Part shown: positions 10,931-22,593 of the stretch, piece by piece
Layout of the letters: each line of letters opens with the position of its first letter
Numbering within the stretch: the first letter of the stretch is position 1
DNA from: Alphaproteobacteria bacterium
GTDB lineage: Bacteria; Pseudomonadota; Alphaproteobacteria; MPNO01; UBA830
NCBI GenBank assembly: GCA_964291215.2
Contig: OZ219791.1
Location: 3,392,001 to 3,456,000, forward strand
Reading direction: 5' to 3'
DNA length: 64,000 nt
Program-made: the position numbers and the translations under genes
Notes under the pieces: generated by a model
Seen by the model: the letters and a program-made list of their open reading frames with translations, nothing else
The model's database searches: none
Told to the model about the DNA's origin: nothing

Positions 10931-12765
10931 GTGCGCCAGGCTAACTGGTGGAATGTTGCCGGGTGCAAGTCCCGGCAGGAAGAGAGGCTAACCACCACTT
11001 TCTCCGTGAACCATGCGTCGGGCGTCGTGAGGCGTCAGGCGAAGCGTTGGGGAGCGGCAGGCGTGGGCCGGGCTATTGAGCCACGAGATGCTTTGAAACC
11101 GGAGTGCCGAGGTCGTCCAAGTGGCCGAAGGCAACACCCCGCGAGCCGCGTTGGTGAGGCGAGCGGGGGCTCCGCGGGGTCCGAGAACCATGGCACGCGC
11201 CGAAGCAGTCCACCGGGACCTGGGAGGTCTTTCAATCGCCCCTCTGTCGTGGAGGGGCCGCAGAGGAAAGGAACTATTCCATAAACCGATGATGAACGAG
11301 AAGTCAGATCCGGCCATAGTACCGTTGAAGGCGGCGAACAAGGGTTCTTCGGAGCCTGCGGAGTTGCTGGAGGGAAGGGCCGGACCCAAGGGCAATGCGG
11401 TTGGCCAAAGCCCGCGCCGCGCGCAGAAGCGGGGGAGCGGGTCACAGGCGGCTGAACGCAGGTAGCGAAGAGGAACCCGGAAGAGCGTCTTGTGGCGCTA
11501 CTCCACCACGTGACGGTCGACGCTCTGCACGATGCGTTCCATTCCTTGAGGAAGGACGCGGCGGCGGGCGTGGACGGCGTTGTGTGGCAAGCGTATGCGG
11601 AGGGTGTGGAAGACCGGCTGGTTGACCTGCACGCCCGTGTGCACAGGGGTGCGTACCGGGCGCCTCCATCTCGGCGGGTTTACATACCCAAGGAGGATGG
11701 AGGGCAACGACCGCTTGGCATTGCCTCGCTGGAGGACAAGATTCTTCAGCGGGCAGTGACGGACGTGATTCTGGTGCCGCTCTACGAAACGGAGTTCCTC
11801 GGGTTTAGTTACGGTTTCCGGCCGGGGCGCGGGACGCATCACGCGCTCGACGCCGTCACGGTCGGAGTGGAACGGCGGAAGGTCAACTGGATCGTTGACG
11901 CCGACATCCGCGGGTTCTTCGACAATCTCGACCGCGACCACCTGATTGCGATGCTCGGGAAACGGATCGGGGACAAGCGGGTTATCCGGCTGATCATCAA
12001 GTGGCTAAACGCCGGCGTCATGGAAGGGACCGACTGGTCGGATACGGGCAAGGGAACACCGCAGGGGGCGATTGTATCGCCCTGCCTCGCGAACGTTTAC
12101 CTGCACTACGTGCGACTGGGTCCAGAACCACTGGCGCAAGCGGATGGCTGGAGGCGACACGATCATTATGCGGACGACTTCGTGTGCGGCTTTCAGCATC
12201 TGGGCGATGCGCAGCGCTTTCTCCGGGACCTTGGGGAGAGGCTGGCCCACTTGAACTGCACCCGGACAATCATCGAGTTCGGTCGGTTTGCCAGAGCGAA
12301 CCGCCGGAAGCAGGGCAAGACGTTCGACTTCCTCGGCATGACGCACTTCTGCGAACAGACGAGGAAAGGCAGGTTCAGGGTCGGTCGCAAACCGTCTCGC
12401 AAACGGGCACCCTGCGGCGGATCAAGGGGGCCTTGCGCATGCGATGGCACGACAACCGGCACGAAACGGCCAAGTGGCTTGGGCGAGTCATCAACGGCTG
12501 CTACTACGCCGTCCCGGGAAGCAGTCAATCCCTGCAGGGGTTCATACACCAATGCAAACGGCTGCTCATGCGTGCCCTTCGGCGACGCTCCCAAAAGGAC
12601 TTCACCGGGGACATAGACACCCTCGCCGCTGCCCACTGGCCCAAAGCCAGCATCCGCCACCCGTGGCCAAACCAGCGCCTTGTCGTCAGGGGAGGAGCCG
12701 GATGCGAACAGCGCACGTCCGGTTCTGTGCGGGGGGACCGGGGTAACCCGGTTCCCTACCGCAAT
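10931..12765 (+). mobile_element. Group II intron (retroelement)
   Basis: 5' GTGCG; domain V GGAGCCGGATGCG...CGCACGTCCGGTTC; domain VI ending CCCTACCGCAAT; removal restores exactly CTGACGTTGG|GGTCGTCT as in IS66 copy 1. Confidence 0.93.
11290..12690 (+). pseudogene. ltrA: Group II intron reverse transcriptase/maturase, frameshifted; no endonuclease domain evident
   Basis: YIPKEDGGQRPLGI, SYGFRPGR, DADIRGFFD, GTPQGAIVSPCLANVYLH, YADDF, FDFLG; domain X in another frame. Confidence 0.88.
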
Positions 12766-14223
12766 GGTCGTCTGTGAAGCGCAGGTTTTCGTGTTTCACG
12801 AGACGTTCGTGCAGGTTGTGCGCGTTTGCGTCCACGTTTTCCTTTCGGCGGGATATCGGGCAGTTCCCTAGCGCCCTGATGGTGCGGTAGCGCCCGGCGT
12901 CGTTCAGGGTTTTTGGATGCGCTCTTGTTGACCTTGTGGCAGGGAGCAGGCTCTTCATAAGTCGCGCGGTAGCCTCGACGACAAAGGTCAGTTCGCGCAG
13001 CAGGCGGCTACCGCACAGCTGGTGGCTACACTGGCCCATGTACGAGGCCCAGGACGCTCTTGTAACACGGGCCGATCTCTTGCCCGCGCTTGCGGTGCGG
13101 GAACTTGCACGTCAGGGTCCCACGACATGGAGCCACTTACTGTTGATCCGAAATCGTCGACATCGGGCGTTGCAGGAGGTGCGCCACGGCGGCCTCCTCC
13201 CATGACGCATCGTGAAAGCATAGCCGAGGCCTCGGAGAGCTTGATGCCGGAGGTCGCCTGCACGAACGCGACAGCACGGCGCAGGGACAGCATTTGGGCG
13301 ACCAGCAGGTTGATGACGAGGGCCTGGATGCCGATGCCGTACTGCACGGGATGTTGTTGGGGAACCGGCCCCGGGCCTTGCACTTCGGGCATTCCTCGGC
13401 GCGGCGCTCGACGACCTCGAACACGATGTCATGCGGCGCTCCCGATCGACGGGGCCGTCGGCGCCGCAGGCGTCGCAGGCCGCGACCGTTTCCTCGACGA
13501 TGGTCTTGCGCAGGTTGTCGCCCATCTGCCGGTTCGGCTTCGGGCCGTTGCTTCCGGCACGCTCTTGTCCGTCTGTGACGGCGGCAGACCGGAGTTCCGG
13601 CTCGTGCGTGGTCTTCTCCAGAAGGACGACGATGAGGATGTCGAGCAGGATGACGAGGACGCGGATCACGGCCTCTTCCGCCACCTTGCCGGCAGCGCCG
13701 CGATCTTGGCCGCTTCGAACTCCTCGCGCGCCGCGTTGACCGTCGCCATCACCCGGCCTTGCGCTTCATCAGCGCGCCGCCTCCGAGATGCGTTTCCACA
13801 TACAGATCATGCGGAGGCTGGAGCCCCGGAAGCAGCTGGCACAGCCCGCTCGTCGCCTTCGATCCAAAGTAGCCCACTGGCGGTCCCCGTCGTTCTCGAT
13901 GACCACCACTAAGCGAATCGGCATGCAGTGTCAAATCTCCACGAAAACCCGTTCGTTACTCTACCCCGACATCAAGCCGGAACCAGGGGGTGAGCAGTTA
14001 CGCGCCGAAGACATGCGAGCATGCCCGTTGTCCGGACCTGCGCGTGGGGCTGCAGCTGCCTGCCTGTTCGGCATCTGCCCGTGTGGATATCGGCACTGTC
14101 CAGATTCCAACGAACGCCGACACGGAAATACTACCCACCAAAAACCATCAATACAATGTCGATGGACTACTAGACCTTGCTGCACTAGGCGAATAGCGCC
14201 CGGCGCACCGTCAAGACGGGATC

Positions 14224-14994
14224 CTAGAGCATCACCTCTCCACCGCAACAGGCTATGCATTGGCCAGTAATGAACGCGCTGCCGGGTGAAGCGAGAAACA
14301 TCACCAGCCCGATCAGATCATCAGGCGTTTCAGGGCGCTTCAGGATCCGCTTGTTCTGGATGAAATCGTGCATTCCGTCGTCCATACTCGCGTGTTCCAT
14401 CTCGGTTTCAGTGTAGCCCGGCAGGACGGCGTTAACATTGATGTTGTCGTCGCCAAGCTCGCGAGCCATCGCGCGCGTCATCCCGACGATCGCTGCTTTC
14501 GACGAGACATAGTGCAGGAACCCCGGCACGCCCTGGGGGACGGTGCCCGAAGAGATGTTGATGATCCGGCCATGTCCTGCCGTGCGCATGACAGGAGCGA
14601 CCGCTGCAGCGCAGAGATAGGAGCCGGTGACGTTGACATGGATCACTCTGTTCCACTCATCGAAAGGGATTTCATCGAACTTACGGCGTGGAATCGTTGC
14701 GAATATGGCGGCATTGTTGATTAGGACATCAATCCGGCCGTAACTCTCAAGCGTTCTGGCAACCATCGCTTGTACCGACTCGGGGGCTCCCACGTCGGTC
14801 TCGATCGCGAGCGGCGTACCACCCCGGGCGCGTACCTCTTCTTCCACCCCGTCCAGACTCGGCCGGTTGATCTCCGCAAGTACTGGTATCGCGCCCGCTT
14901 CGGCGAAGGCCAATGCATATTCGCGGCCGATCCCCTGTCCCGCGCCGGTGATCACGACAACCTGGCCGCCCACATCGAAACGTTTTTTAGACAT
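14224..14994 (-). CDS. SDR family oxidoreductase
   Basis: TGAGQGIG, NNAA, YVSSK motifs. Confidence 0.9.
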   Translation of the reverse strand: MSKKRFDVGGQVVVITGAGQGIGREYALAFAEAGAIPVLAEINRPSLDGVEEEVRARGGTPLAIETDVGAPESVQAMVARTLESYGRIDVLINNAAIFATIPRRKFDEIPFDEWNRVIHVNVTGSYLCAAAVAPVMRTAGHGRIINISSGTVPQGVPGFLHYVSSKAAIVGMTRAMARELGDDNINVNAVLPGYTETEMEHASMDDGMHDFIQNKRILKRPETPDDLIGLVMFLASPGSAFITGQCIACCGGEVML

Positions 14995-15440
14995 ATTGCC
15001 TCCGATCCCTGGAGCCGACACCATATGCTGGGATGTTCTGCATGACAACGCAGATCGGAGCGAAGTCTACGGCAGCGGACCGACATCGTCGGGGAGGCGG
15101 ATTCCGCGGGCAAGGCGGCCGGCGCATCTGCGCCGGGACACATGGATGGCTACGGTCACCGAAGCCCCGATGTGCGGCATTCTGGTTGCTCCTGCGGAAT
15201 AGGGGGCATTTTCGGCTTGCCACCGGTCGGATGCACGAATTTGCCCGTCCGCGGACGATTGACGATCGCGGTATTGCTGGGTGGTGGATTCCGCAGCTTG
15301 CGTATTGGGAATGAGCGCACGAGTGCGGCGGGAAGACAGGTGAGCATAGCACAACGTCATGCACAGCTTGGAATAGTCGGGCAGCCTGGAAACCACTGGC
15401 AGTGGCAAGCCCTTGTAATCGCGCCGCATGGTTTGCATGC

Positions 15441-17662
15441 GTAAGCGTTCGTTCATGCGGTGATGACGATCTGCGCTGAGGTTTGTTTTGGTGATTCGGA
15501 GAAGGGGGCTGATAAAATTTTTTGGCGGTGCCATCAGGTCGTGCATGGTCATGTGCATCGAGGATTTCGTGTCATCATCGGGTGCGGATGCCGTAGGCGA
15601 CATGCCGCAGTCGTCGTGTCGTGATTCGGCCACTTGGAAGTCCCTGCGAGCGTATTCGAGCCGAGGCGGGGGAAGCCCGCACGGCGGCTGCGGAGGGTCG
15701 CTGTGAGGAGCTGCGCTTGCAGGAGGTGGAGGAGCGCAGCCGCGCGAATTCCCTGAAGGCGATTTTCAAGAGCAATCGCGAGAATCTGTCAGCTGCCCGT
15801 GCGGAGGTCAGGGAAGTTCGGCGGACGGCGAAGCAGTCTCTTGCGCTGAAGCAGGAGGTTGCACGTCCGGGCGGGCTTCTTGCCGAGGTCGGCGCGCGGA
15901 AGCAGTCGACGGTAGTGTCGCTGCGCATGGAGAATGCCGGCCCGAAGACCGCGATGAAGGTTCTGAAGGGTCGGGGCGGAGAACGACAGGCTTCGTTCGA
16001 ACAGGTCGTACGGGCGCAAGAGCGAGAAGAGTCAGCGGGCGCCATCGAAGCGTGGCCGGCGCTCGAGGAGGTGGAGGAGCGGCTGGAGGTGGCGGAGGAC
16101 GCCTGCTCGTGCTGCGTTGCCAGCGGTTCGCACCAGGATCATCGAGATCGAGGCGCACAAGCGGCGGATTGTCCGCCCGCGCCGGGGCTGTGACTGCCCC
16201 GGTTCACCGAGCGAGGTGGCGGCGCCGGCGCGGGCTGGCTGACCGAGCAGGGGCTTTTGCCGGGAACGCTGGCCAGCGAGCCGGATGCTGCCCCTGTTCG
16301 AGCCGCGATCCTCGCGCACCGGGGTCTGCGCCATGCCGATGCATCCAGGCCCCGAGGGAGGTCCGGAAGTCGCGCCTGGCTCCGGACATCGGTAAGCCGG
16401 GACGCGGTTCTCTTCCACCCCTCGCGCAGCGCCGAGGTCGCGGCGAAGCTGTTCGCGGACGCCCCCATGTCTGCGACCGCTACAGCGCCTGCAAGAAGCT
16501 GGCGCGCCTGTGGCTCTTCATCATCCTGTGCTATTGCCGGGCGCATTGTCGACGCGACTTTCCGGACTGCGCCGGCCGCAGCTGGAGGGGTGGGAACGGG
16601 TCGATCGCGGAGATCTGCCGCCTGAACACGGCTCGAGTGCCTTGCTTCCGGCGGCGTTCGAGGCCGCGCAGGCGGCGCTGGAGACTGCGGTCGCTGTTTG
16701 CGGAAGCGCCGAGGCTTCCGAAAGCGGCGCCGGAAGGCAGGCCGCTGCGCTCAACCATCGCGTGTTCGTCGACCATGGACAACAATTTCGGGGAAAGGAC
16801 TATCAGGGGCCGGCCAACGGGGGAAGCCCGGCTTCGGTTTCGACAGCATGGACGGCTGTCATGTACACGGCACGGTCGAGAGGAACGGCCTCGATGTTCT
16901 GCGCTTGCTTGATGCCTGCGCGGAGAACGGCGGCCCGGCGATCTGTCGTCCTGGTTGCCGTGAGCCCGGAGAGGCGGCGGAGATTCGCGGCGCCGCCGTG
17001 AGGTCGAGGGCGCGACTTCATGGTTGCGCAGTGCTGCGACGATCACGGAGCGGACCCCATCGCCCGCGCCTTCTACCGCCGCCAGCCCCGAAGCTGATCA
17101 CACCGCCGCCCCGAAGACCCTCGACGAGCTCCGCCCGCCGACTTCCGAGTCGTGGGCACCCGGGAAGGCCGGTTGTGGAACGAGTTCGTCGCCCGCTGAC
17201 ACTGCCTCGGATACACGCGCCTGGTCGGCGCGCAGATGCGCTACCATGCGGCGAGCCGCTGCTTCTCGACCGCCGCATGGACCGCGCGCTGCAGCACCGC
17301 GCCCGTGCCCTGCGAGACCTTGGTCGAGGGCCCGCGCCGCGGCGTCTGCCGGCCGCGTCGGAACAACCAGCGGCCGCTACGACCGACATGACAGAAGCCG
17401 AAGAAGGACATCTGGCTCGCTCCGCAAGGAGCGAACCCTCAACCGCTGCTGAACCCTGCAACCGGCACAGGATGGCGCTCAGCTCCTCCTCCGCAGTGCC
17501 GGGAGAAAACCGCAACCAATGCGGAAAACACGGCATGGCGCCAGTGCCCCTCACCGCGCATCCCGGTGCACGAAACCGCTCCGGGTGACGCTGGAACTCC
17601 CTGACAAAAGCCCGTCAAACGGACGAAAACAACAACACTTCACCGCACGAACGAACGCTTAC
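15441..17662 (+). mobile_element. IS66-family element type B, full extent, degenerate, with a DUF4338-like passenger remnant
   Basis: IRs GTAAGCGTTCGTTC / GAACGAACGCTTAC; 8-bp target duplication TTGCATGC (15433-15440, 17663-17670); CDRYSACK, CRAHCRRDF, DNNFGER motifs. Confidence 0.9.
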
Positions 17663-17974
17663 TTGCATGCGTGTGACGGAGGGGCAAGATTGCCGGTCTG
17701 GCCTTGAAACGCGCTGAAGGACAGCGCCTTTCCAAGGCGCACCGAATAAGGCTAACGGGATTGGTATCAAATGATGAAGACCGGAGACGGTACCGGCATG
17801 GCGGCACCAGGATCATGAAGGCTTCAGAGTATGTTCCTAAAATCGCGGGTGGCTCTGAGCCATGGTATTTCATCAAGCCACAACCCACAGATGGGAGGGT
17901 ATCATGGCTTCCGGGGCGGCGCGGCCTCCATCCAACCAGAATTTTGGGTTTATCCGCGACTTTAGAAACAAACT

Positions 17975-18170
17975 CTCAGAGTTCAGGGCGAAATGCCTGA
18001 AGCTGATGGATGAGGTGGCGGACAGCGACGAGGAAGTCGTCATCACCAAGCGCGACCGCCCGGTGTCCCGGCTGGTGCCTTGCCGCGAAAGGCCCAAGTC
18101 TCTCTTCGTGATCCACTGGGGCAAGATGGAAATCCGCGGTGATGTCATTGCGCTCATCGACGCCGACTAG
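17975..18170 (+). pseudogene. Phd/YefM-type antitoxin remnant with no toxin
   Basis: SEFRAKCLKLMDEVADSDEEVVITKRDRPVSRLVP; clear start not found. Confidence 0.7.
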
Positions 18171-18665
18171 GATGCAGAGATCGGCAAGAATTGGAACGAC
18201 TTGCTGAAATTGTGCCTGAAATTCGTTTACTGTCGTGACCGAGGCTGGACGATCGCAGGTTTGGCGCATACGTGTCCGAAACACCATCGAGTGTACTGAC
18301 AAGCGAATGAACTCGCCGTTGGGAGATCTCGTTCCGAGAGGTAGCCATGCTGAGAGCCAGGGCCGGATTGACTTGGCGATGGGTGTTGGCGAACGGTGAA
18401 AATACGCCCTCTTTCGAAGCCTGATCGAACTTCCGTCTGATGGTGCGGTCGGGATCTGAGCGGGCGAACCGGCGATCTCCGGGGAGATCCCGTGGTCCGC
18501 TACATCGTTTCGACTGCGCTGGATGCGATCGACCGATCGCCGGCGCCGGGTGGCTTTCCACGGAGGCTGCAACGCTCAAACCCTGGCCCGATCGTCATGC
18601 AGGGGGCGGCGGATCGTCGCCGAAACCCCTCGTCCGGGACGCGTGGCTCGGCACATCCTCGAACG

Positions 18666-20072
18666 TCAGCGCTTCCGCCTGACCTCTTCGAGCAGGCGTT
18701 CGATCGACGGGTCGTCCTTGCCCATGGGCCTTACGCGTGCGAACTTGTCGCGTTCGTCGCCCCGCCAGGTGGGAGGCTTGGTCGCGTCGATGGCGAGCTT
18801 TCCTCCGACACGCATGACGGTGTAGTCCTTGCGCACCTCGGGTATGGAAATGTCTAGCGGATGGAGCCGCGTGCCCGGAACGATATGGGCCATCGTTTCC
18901 GGATTGCAGCGGCACGCGATCGCCCACAGCACATCCTCCGCATTGTAGATGTCGACATCCTCGTCGACTGCGATCGCCACCTTGACGTGCAGGTTGGGGC
19001 CCGAAAGCGCCGACATCAGCGTGTCGCGGACCTGGCCGTCCCAGCGCGCTTCCATCTGGATGATCATCATGAACTGGGACGCCCATGGCGGCACGAAGAC
19101 GTCTATGATGTTGGTGTTGCCGTGGGTATCGCGCAGCCGGTTGTAGTAGGTCGCCTCCATCGGTAGGGTGATCAGCGGTTGATGGTCGGTGAACCAGGTT
19201 GCCTGGATGTGCCGGAAGATCGGGTTCTCGCGATGCGTGATGCCGGTGATCTGATAGACCGGAGCCGGACCCTCGGCGCCGGCGCCGAAAGTGGTGAACT
19301 CACCGAACGGGCCTTCGGGAGCGCGGTCCCGCGGATGGACGAGGCCCTCGATCACAACTTCGGCGTGGGCCGGGACTTCGAGGTCGATGGAATCACACTT
19401 CACCATCTCGATGTCCTCGCCGAGGATGCCGGCGCCGTATTCCAGCTCGTCGAAATCCTCGTGCTTGCCCGACCAGTTGGACATGATCTCGTAGACCGGG
19501 TGCAGGCCGATGGCGAAGGCCATGGGCATCGGCTCGTCCTTGGCGACATATTTCATGTAGTGCGCGTAGTTGTGCCGCGCGGCCATCCAGAACGTTGCCT
19601 TTTGCGGATCCTCGGTCAGCATCATGCGGATGATGGCTTCGTTGCGGATACCGGTCTCGGGATCCTTGGTGATGGTTATGCCCGAGCCGAGATAACGTCC
19701 GCCATCGCCGTGGCTGTGCTGGGGAATAGGCAGCGCATGGAGGTCGATGTCATCGCCGAGCATCTTCACCTCCTTGACCGGGCCGTCGCCGACCATCACA
19801 GACTTTCCGCGCCGTGTCGCCATCCGTTCGGCGAGATACGGGCAAACCTCGTTCTCGCTGTCGAGGCCAAACGCTGCCGCCTGGCCGACGCGGTCCATGA
19901 TCAGCATGTCGGTGAGCCGCCAGCCGGGGAAACCGGTGAGATTGTGGAATGTCAGCGGCCCCTTGCTTTCGGAGCAGAGGTAGCCGACCTGGGTCGTCGG
20001 ATCGACAGGATCGTGGATATGCAGCATGCGGTTGTCGATGGATTCGAGAAAGCTGCGTAGCGTGTGCGGCAT
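18666..20072 (-). CDS. UbiD-family (prFMN-dependent) decarboxylase
   Basis: EGPFGE motif, VPAHAEVVIEG, VDEDVDIYN, KLAIDATKP. Confidence 0.9.
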   Translation of the reverse strand: MPHTLRSFLESIDNRMLHIHDPVDPTTQVGYLCSESKGPLTFHNLTGFPGWRLTDMLIMDRVGQAAAFGLDSENEVCPYLAERMATRRGKSVMVGDGPVKEVKMLGDDIDLHALPIPQHSHGDGGRYLGSGITITKDPETGIRNEAIIRMMLTEDPQKATFWMAARHNYAHYMKYVAKDEPMPMAFAIGLHPVYEIMSNWSGKHEDFDELEYGAGILGEDIEMVKCDSIDLEVPAHAEVVIEGLVHPRDRAPEGPFGEFTTFGAGAEGPAPVYQITGITHRENPIFRHIQATWFTDHQPLITLPMEATYYNRLRDTHGNTNIIDVFVPPWASQFMMIIQMEARWDGQVRDTLMSALSGPNLHVKVAIAVDEDVDIYNAEDVLWAIACRCNPETMAHIVPGTRLHPLDISIPEVRKDYTVMRVGGKLAIDATKPPTWRGDERDKFARVRPMGKDDPSIERLLEEVRRKR

Positions 20073-20272
20073 TGCCGGTATCCTTCCTGGGAAAGAGTCC
20101 TGCCGTGGCGGTGGGACGGCTCGGAACGCGAAGCCAAAAGTCTATGGAATTCCGTTTGTAAGTAAAGGAACACTCATGTAACAAGGGGCCGGGATTGGCC
20201 GCGATCGCCGGACTGTCCCTCACGTGCAGTGCCCGGCGTTTCGCATGCGCCGGAACAGGGAGAGACGAGACG

Positions 20273-21487
20273 ATGGCAACCAAGGCTGCGACGGTCGGAG
20301 CCCATGTGCCCATCAAGTGGGCGAAGTTCGACTGGGAAGATCCGATGTTCCTTGACGACCAGCTCACCGACGAGGAACGCATGGTCCGTGAAACCGCCCG
20401 CCAGTACGCCCGGGAGAAGCTCCTGCCGCGGATCATCGAGGCCTACAACGAGGAGCGTGAGGATCCCGACATCATCCCCGAGATGGGCAGGCTCGGCCTT
20501 CTCGGACCGACCATTCACGGCTATGGCTGCGCCGGCACCAGCTACGTTGCTTATGGGCTGATCGCCCGCGAAATCGAGATGGTCGATTCGTCCTACCGCT
20601 CGACCCTTTCCGTCCAGTCGAGCCTCGTCATGTGGCCGATCTACAACTACGGCACCGAGGCTCAGCGGGAGAAATACCTGCCCAAACTTGCCTCTGGAGA
20701 ATGGGTCGGTGCCTTCGGACTCACTGAACCCGATCACGGCTCCGATCCTGGTGGTATGAAGACCCGGGCGACCAAGGTTGACGGCGGCTGGAAGCTCAGC
20801 GGATCCAAGAGCTGGATTTCCAATGCGCCGCTTGCCGACGTTTTTGTTGTCTGGGCCAAGGATGACGAGGACGTGATCCGCGGCTTCATTCTCGAGCGCG
20901 GCATGGACGGCCTCAGCACGCCGCGCATCAAGAACAAGCTCAGCCTGCGCGCCTCGGTCACCGGCGAAGTCGTCATGGACGAGGTCTTCGTGTCCGACGA
21001 GAACTACCTGCCCGAAGCGCGCGGTCTTGGCGGTCCCTTCGGCTGCCTCAACAATGCTCGCTACGGAATCGCGTGGGGCGCGTTCGGTGCCGCCGAATTC
21101 TGTTGGCGCGCCGCGCGCGACTACGCTCTCGAGCGTACGCAGTTCGGCAAGCCTTTGGCCTCCTTCCAGCTCGTGCAGAAGAAGCTTGTCGACATGCAGA
21201 GCGAGATCTCGATAGGGTACCAGTCCTGCCTGCGCATGGGCAGGCTGATGGACAAGGGCAGGTGCGCGCCGGAGTTGATCTCGATGCTCAAACGCAACTC
21301 TACGGGCAAGGCGCGTGATATCTGCCGCGACGCCCGCGACATCCATGGCGGCAACGGAATCAGTGACGAGTACCATGTCATGCGTCATATGATGAACATG
21401 GAGACGATCTATACCTACGAGGGCACGCACGACATCCATGCGTTGATTCTCGGCCGCGCCCAGACCGGCATCCAGGCTTTCGTCTGA
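20273..21487 (+). CDS. gcdH: Glutaryl-CoA dehydrogenase
   Basis: [54 protein letters not shown]. Confidence 0.92.
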   Translation: MATKAATVGAHVPIKWAKFDWEDPMFLDDQLTDEERMVRETARQYAREKLLPRIIEAYNEEREDPDIIPEMGRLGLLGPTIHGYGCAGTSYVAYGLIAREIEMVDSSYRSTLSVQSSLVMWPIYNYGTEAQREKYLPKLASGEWVGAFGLTEPDHGSDPGGMKTRATKVDGGWKLSGSKSWISNAPLADVFVVWAKDDEDVIRGFILERGMDGLSTPRIKNKLSLRASVTGEVVMDEVFVSDENYLPEARGLGGPFGCLNNARYGIAWGAFGAAEFCWRAARDYALERTQFGKPLASFQLVQKKLVDMQSEISIGYQSCLRMGRLMDKGRCAPELISMLKRNSTGKARDICRDARDIHGGNGISDEYHVMRHMMNMETIYTYEGTHDIHALILGRAQTGIQAFV

Positions 21488-21544
21488 CCGCGATGCCGCT
21501 ACGGTCTGGTCGGGAGGGCCCGCAGGCCGGTGCCCCGCGGCAGC

Positions 21545-22110
21545 GGGTGTTGGAATCGGACAATGCGGTCATGACCGTCCACACGGCGACCGCGCTGATC
21601 AACGATGTGCGGAACGAGATTAAGGGCGAAAAGGCATCGGGATATGGCGCGGAGCCCCACTTCTGCATCGACTTGTTCGACGCGTTCGGGATGGCGGAAA
21701 ATAAGCCAGCCGATACGATCTCGATGGCGCGGGCATACGAAATCAGAGACCTCGAAACCGCCGGAGTCTTCACCGCGAAAGTCGGTGCTGCGCATCTGCT
21801 TCGTCGGGAAGAGCTGCCGACTGATTGGGACCCGACGACAGACAAACACCTGACCGACCGGGAATGCGCAGCACTTGGCGCCGATCCTGGCACCGCAGGA
21901 TGGCGAGGCATCGAGGCTGCGGCGGCACTCATTCGCGGACATGCCGCCGGAGCACGTCAATGCCGCCCGCTTGTTTGCCTGGCACCTGTACGATGTCTGC
22001 AGGCGCAGGGCCCGCGCGGCCGAGGCGCACAGGTCTGGAACATGCTGGCCCGCGAGTGGCCAGCGCTCGAAGGCGCCGCGGCGGAGATCGAGGCCGCAGG
22101 AGGGGCTGAC
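21545..22110 (+). pseudogene. C-terminal remnant of a DUF1156-type adenine DNA methyltransferase
   Basis: VLESDNAVMTV...ALIN, LLRREELPTDWDPTTD, ARLFAWHLYDVC, WNMLAREWPAL across frameshifts; recognised from memory of the family C-terminus. Confidence 0.55.
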
Positions 22111-22111
22111 C

Positions 22112-22327
22112 ATGAAGTTCCACCATTATCCCGAAACCGACAGCCTCTATATCGAACTCGGAACGGGGGCCGGTGCGGAAACGCGCGAGATCTCCGACGG
22201 GCTCAATGTTGATCTTGATGAGGACGGTGCGGTGGTCGGTTTCGACATCGACCGCGCATCGCAGCGACTCGATCTTTCGACGCTGGAGACAGAAGCCCTG
22301 CCTTTGCGTTCGCTCAAGGCCGGATAG
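22112..22327 (+). CDS. DUF2283 domain small protein (TA-associated)
   Basis: MKFHHYPETDSLYIEL...VDLDEDGAVVGFDI; RBS AGGAGG. Confidence 0.8.
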   Translation: MKFHHYPETDSLYIELGTGAGAETREISDGLNVDLDEDGAVVGFDIDRASQRLDLSTLETEALPLRSLKAG

Positions 22328-22593
22328 TCCGCGATCCCAGGTGCCGGGTGGATCACGACAGAACGCCCAGCGGCCGAACCGGGAGGACTGACGGACACCC
22401 GACAGCAGGCGGCGTGTATGATATGGGGTTCGAGGCTGTCTACCCGCAACTGGCTGAGATACCGCATGTTTCTCTGCCTCGTTGTTGCACCGGGGGTGCA
22501 AACGGGCGGCCCCCAAGCCCCGATTGCATGGTCGGTTGAGAGAAAATAGAATTTTTTCAGTTTGTTACCATATGATGTCCGGTAGCGTGTGAC

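Larger units (their letters stand above)
10691..14001 (-). mobile_element. IS66-family element type A, copy 2, interrupted by a group II intron
   Basis: Same IRs as 383-1880; 8-bp target duplication GCGCCGAA at 10683-10690 and 14002-14009. Confidence 0.92.
9606..14172 (-). mobile_element. IS630-family element (degenerate), interrupted by IS66 type A
   Basis: IRs TAGTAGT-N6-ATTGTATTGATGG at both ends in CTAG context; transposase pieces LDNLNTH, PKHGSWLNMAEI, VDWRFTTKDARTKLKSLYP. Confidence 0.9.

Noticed and set aside
11492-12616. Reverse transcriptase as a retron, DGR or defence RT
   Set aside because: Flanked by canonical group II intron ends and domain V, with an exact empty site at 622/623
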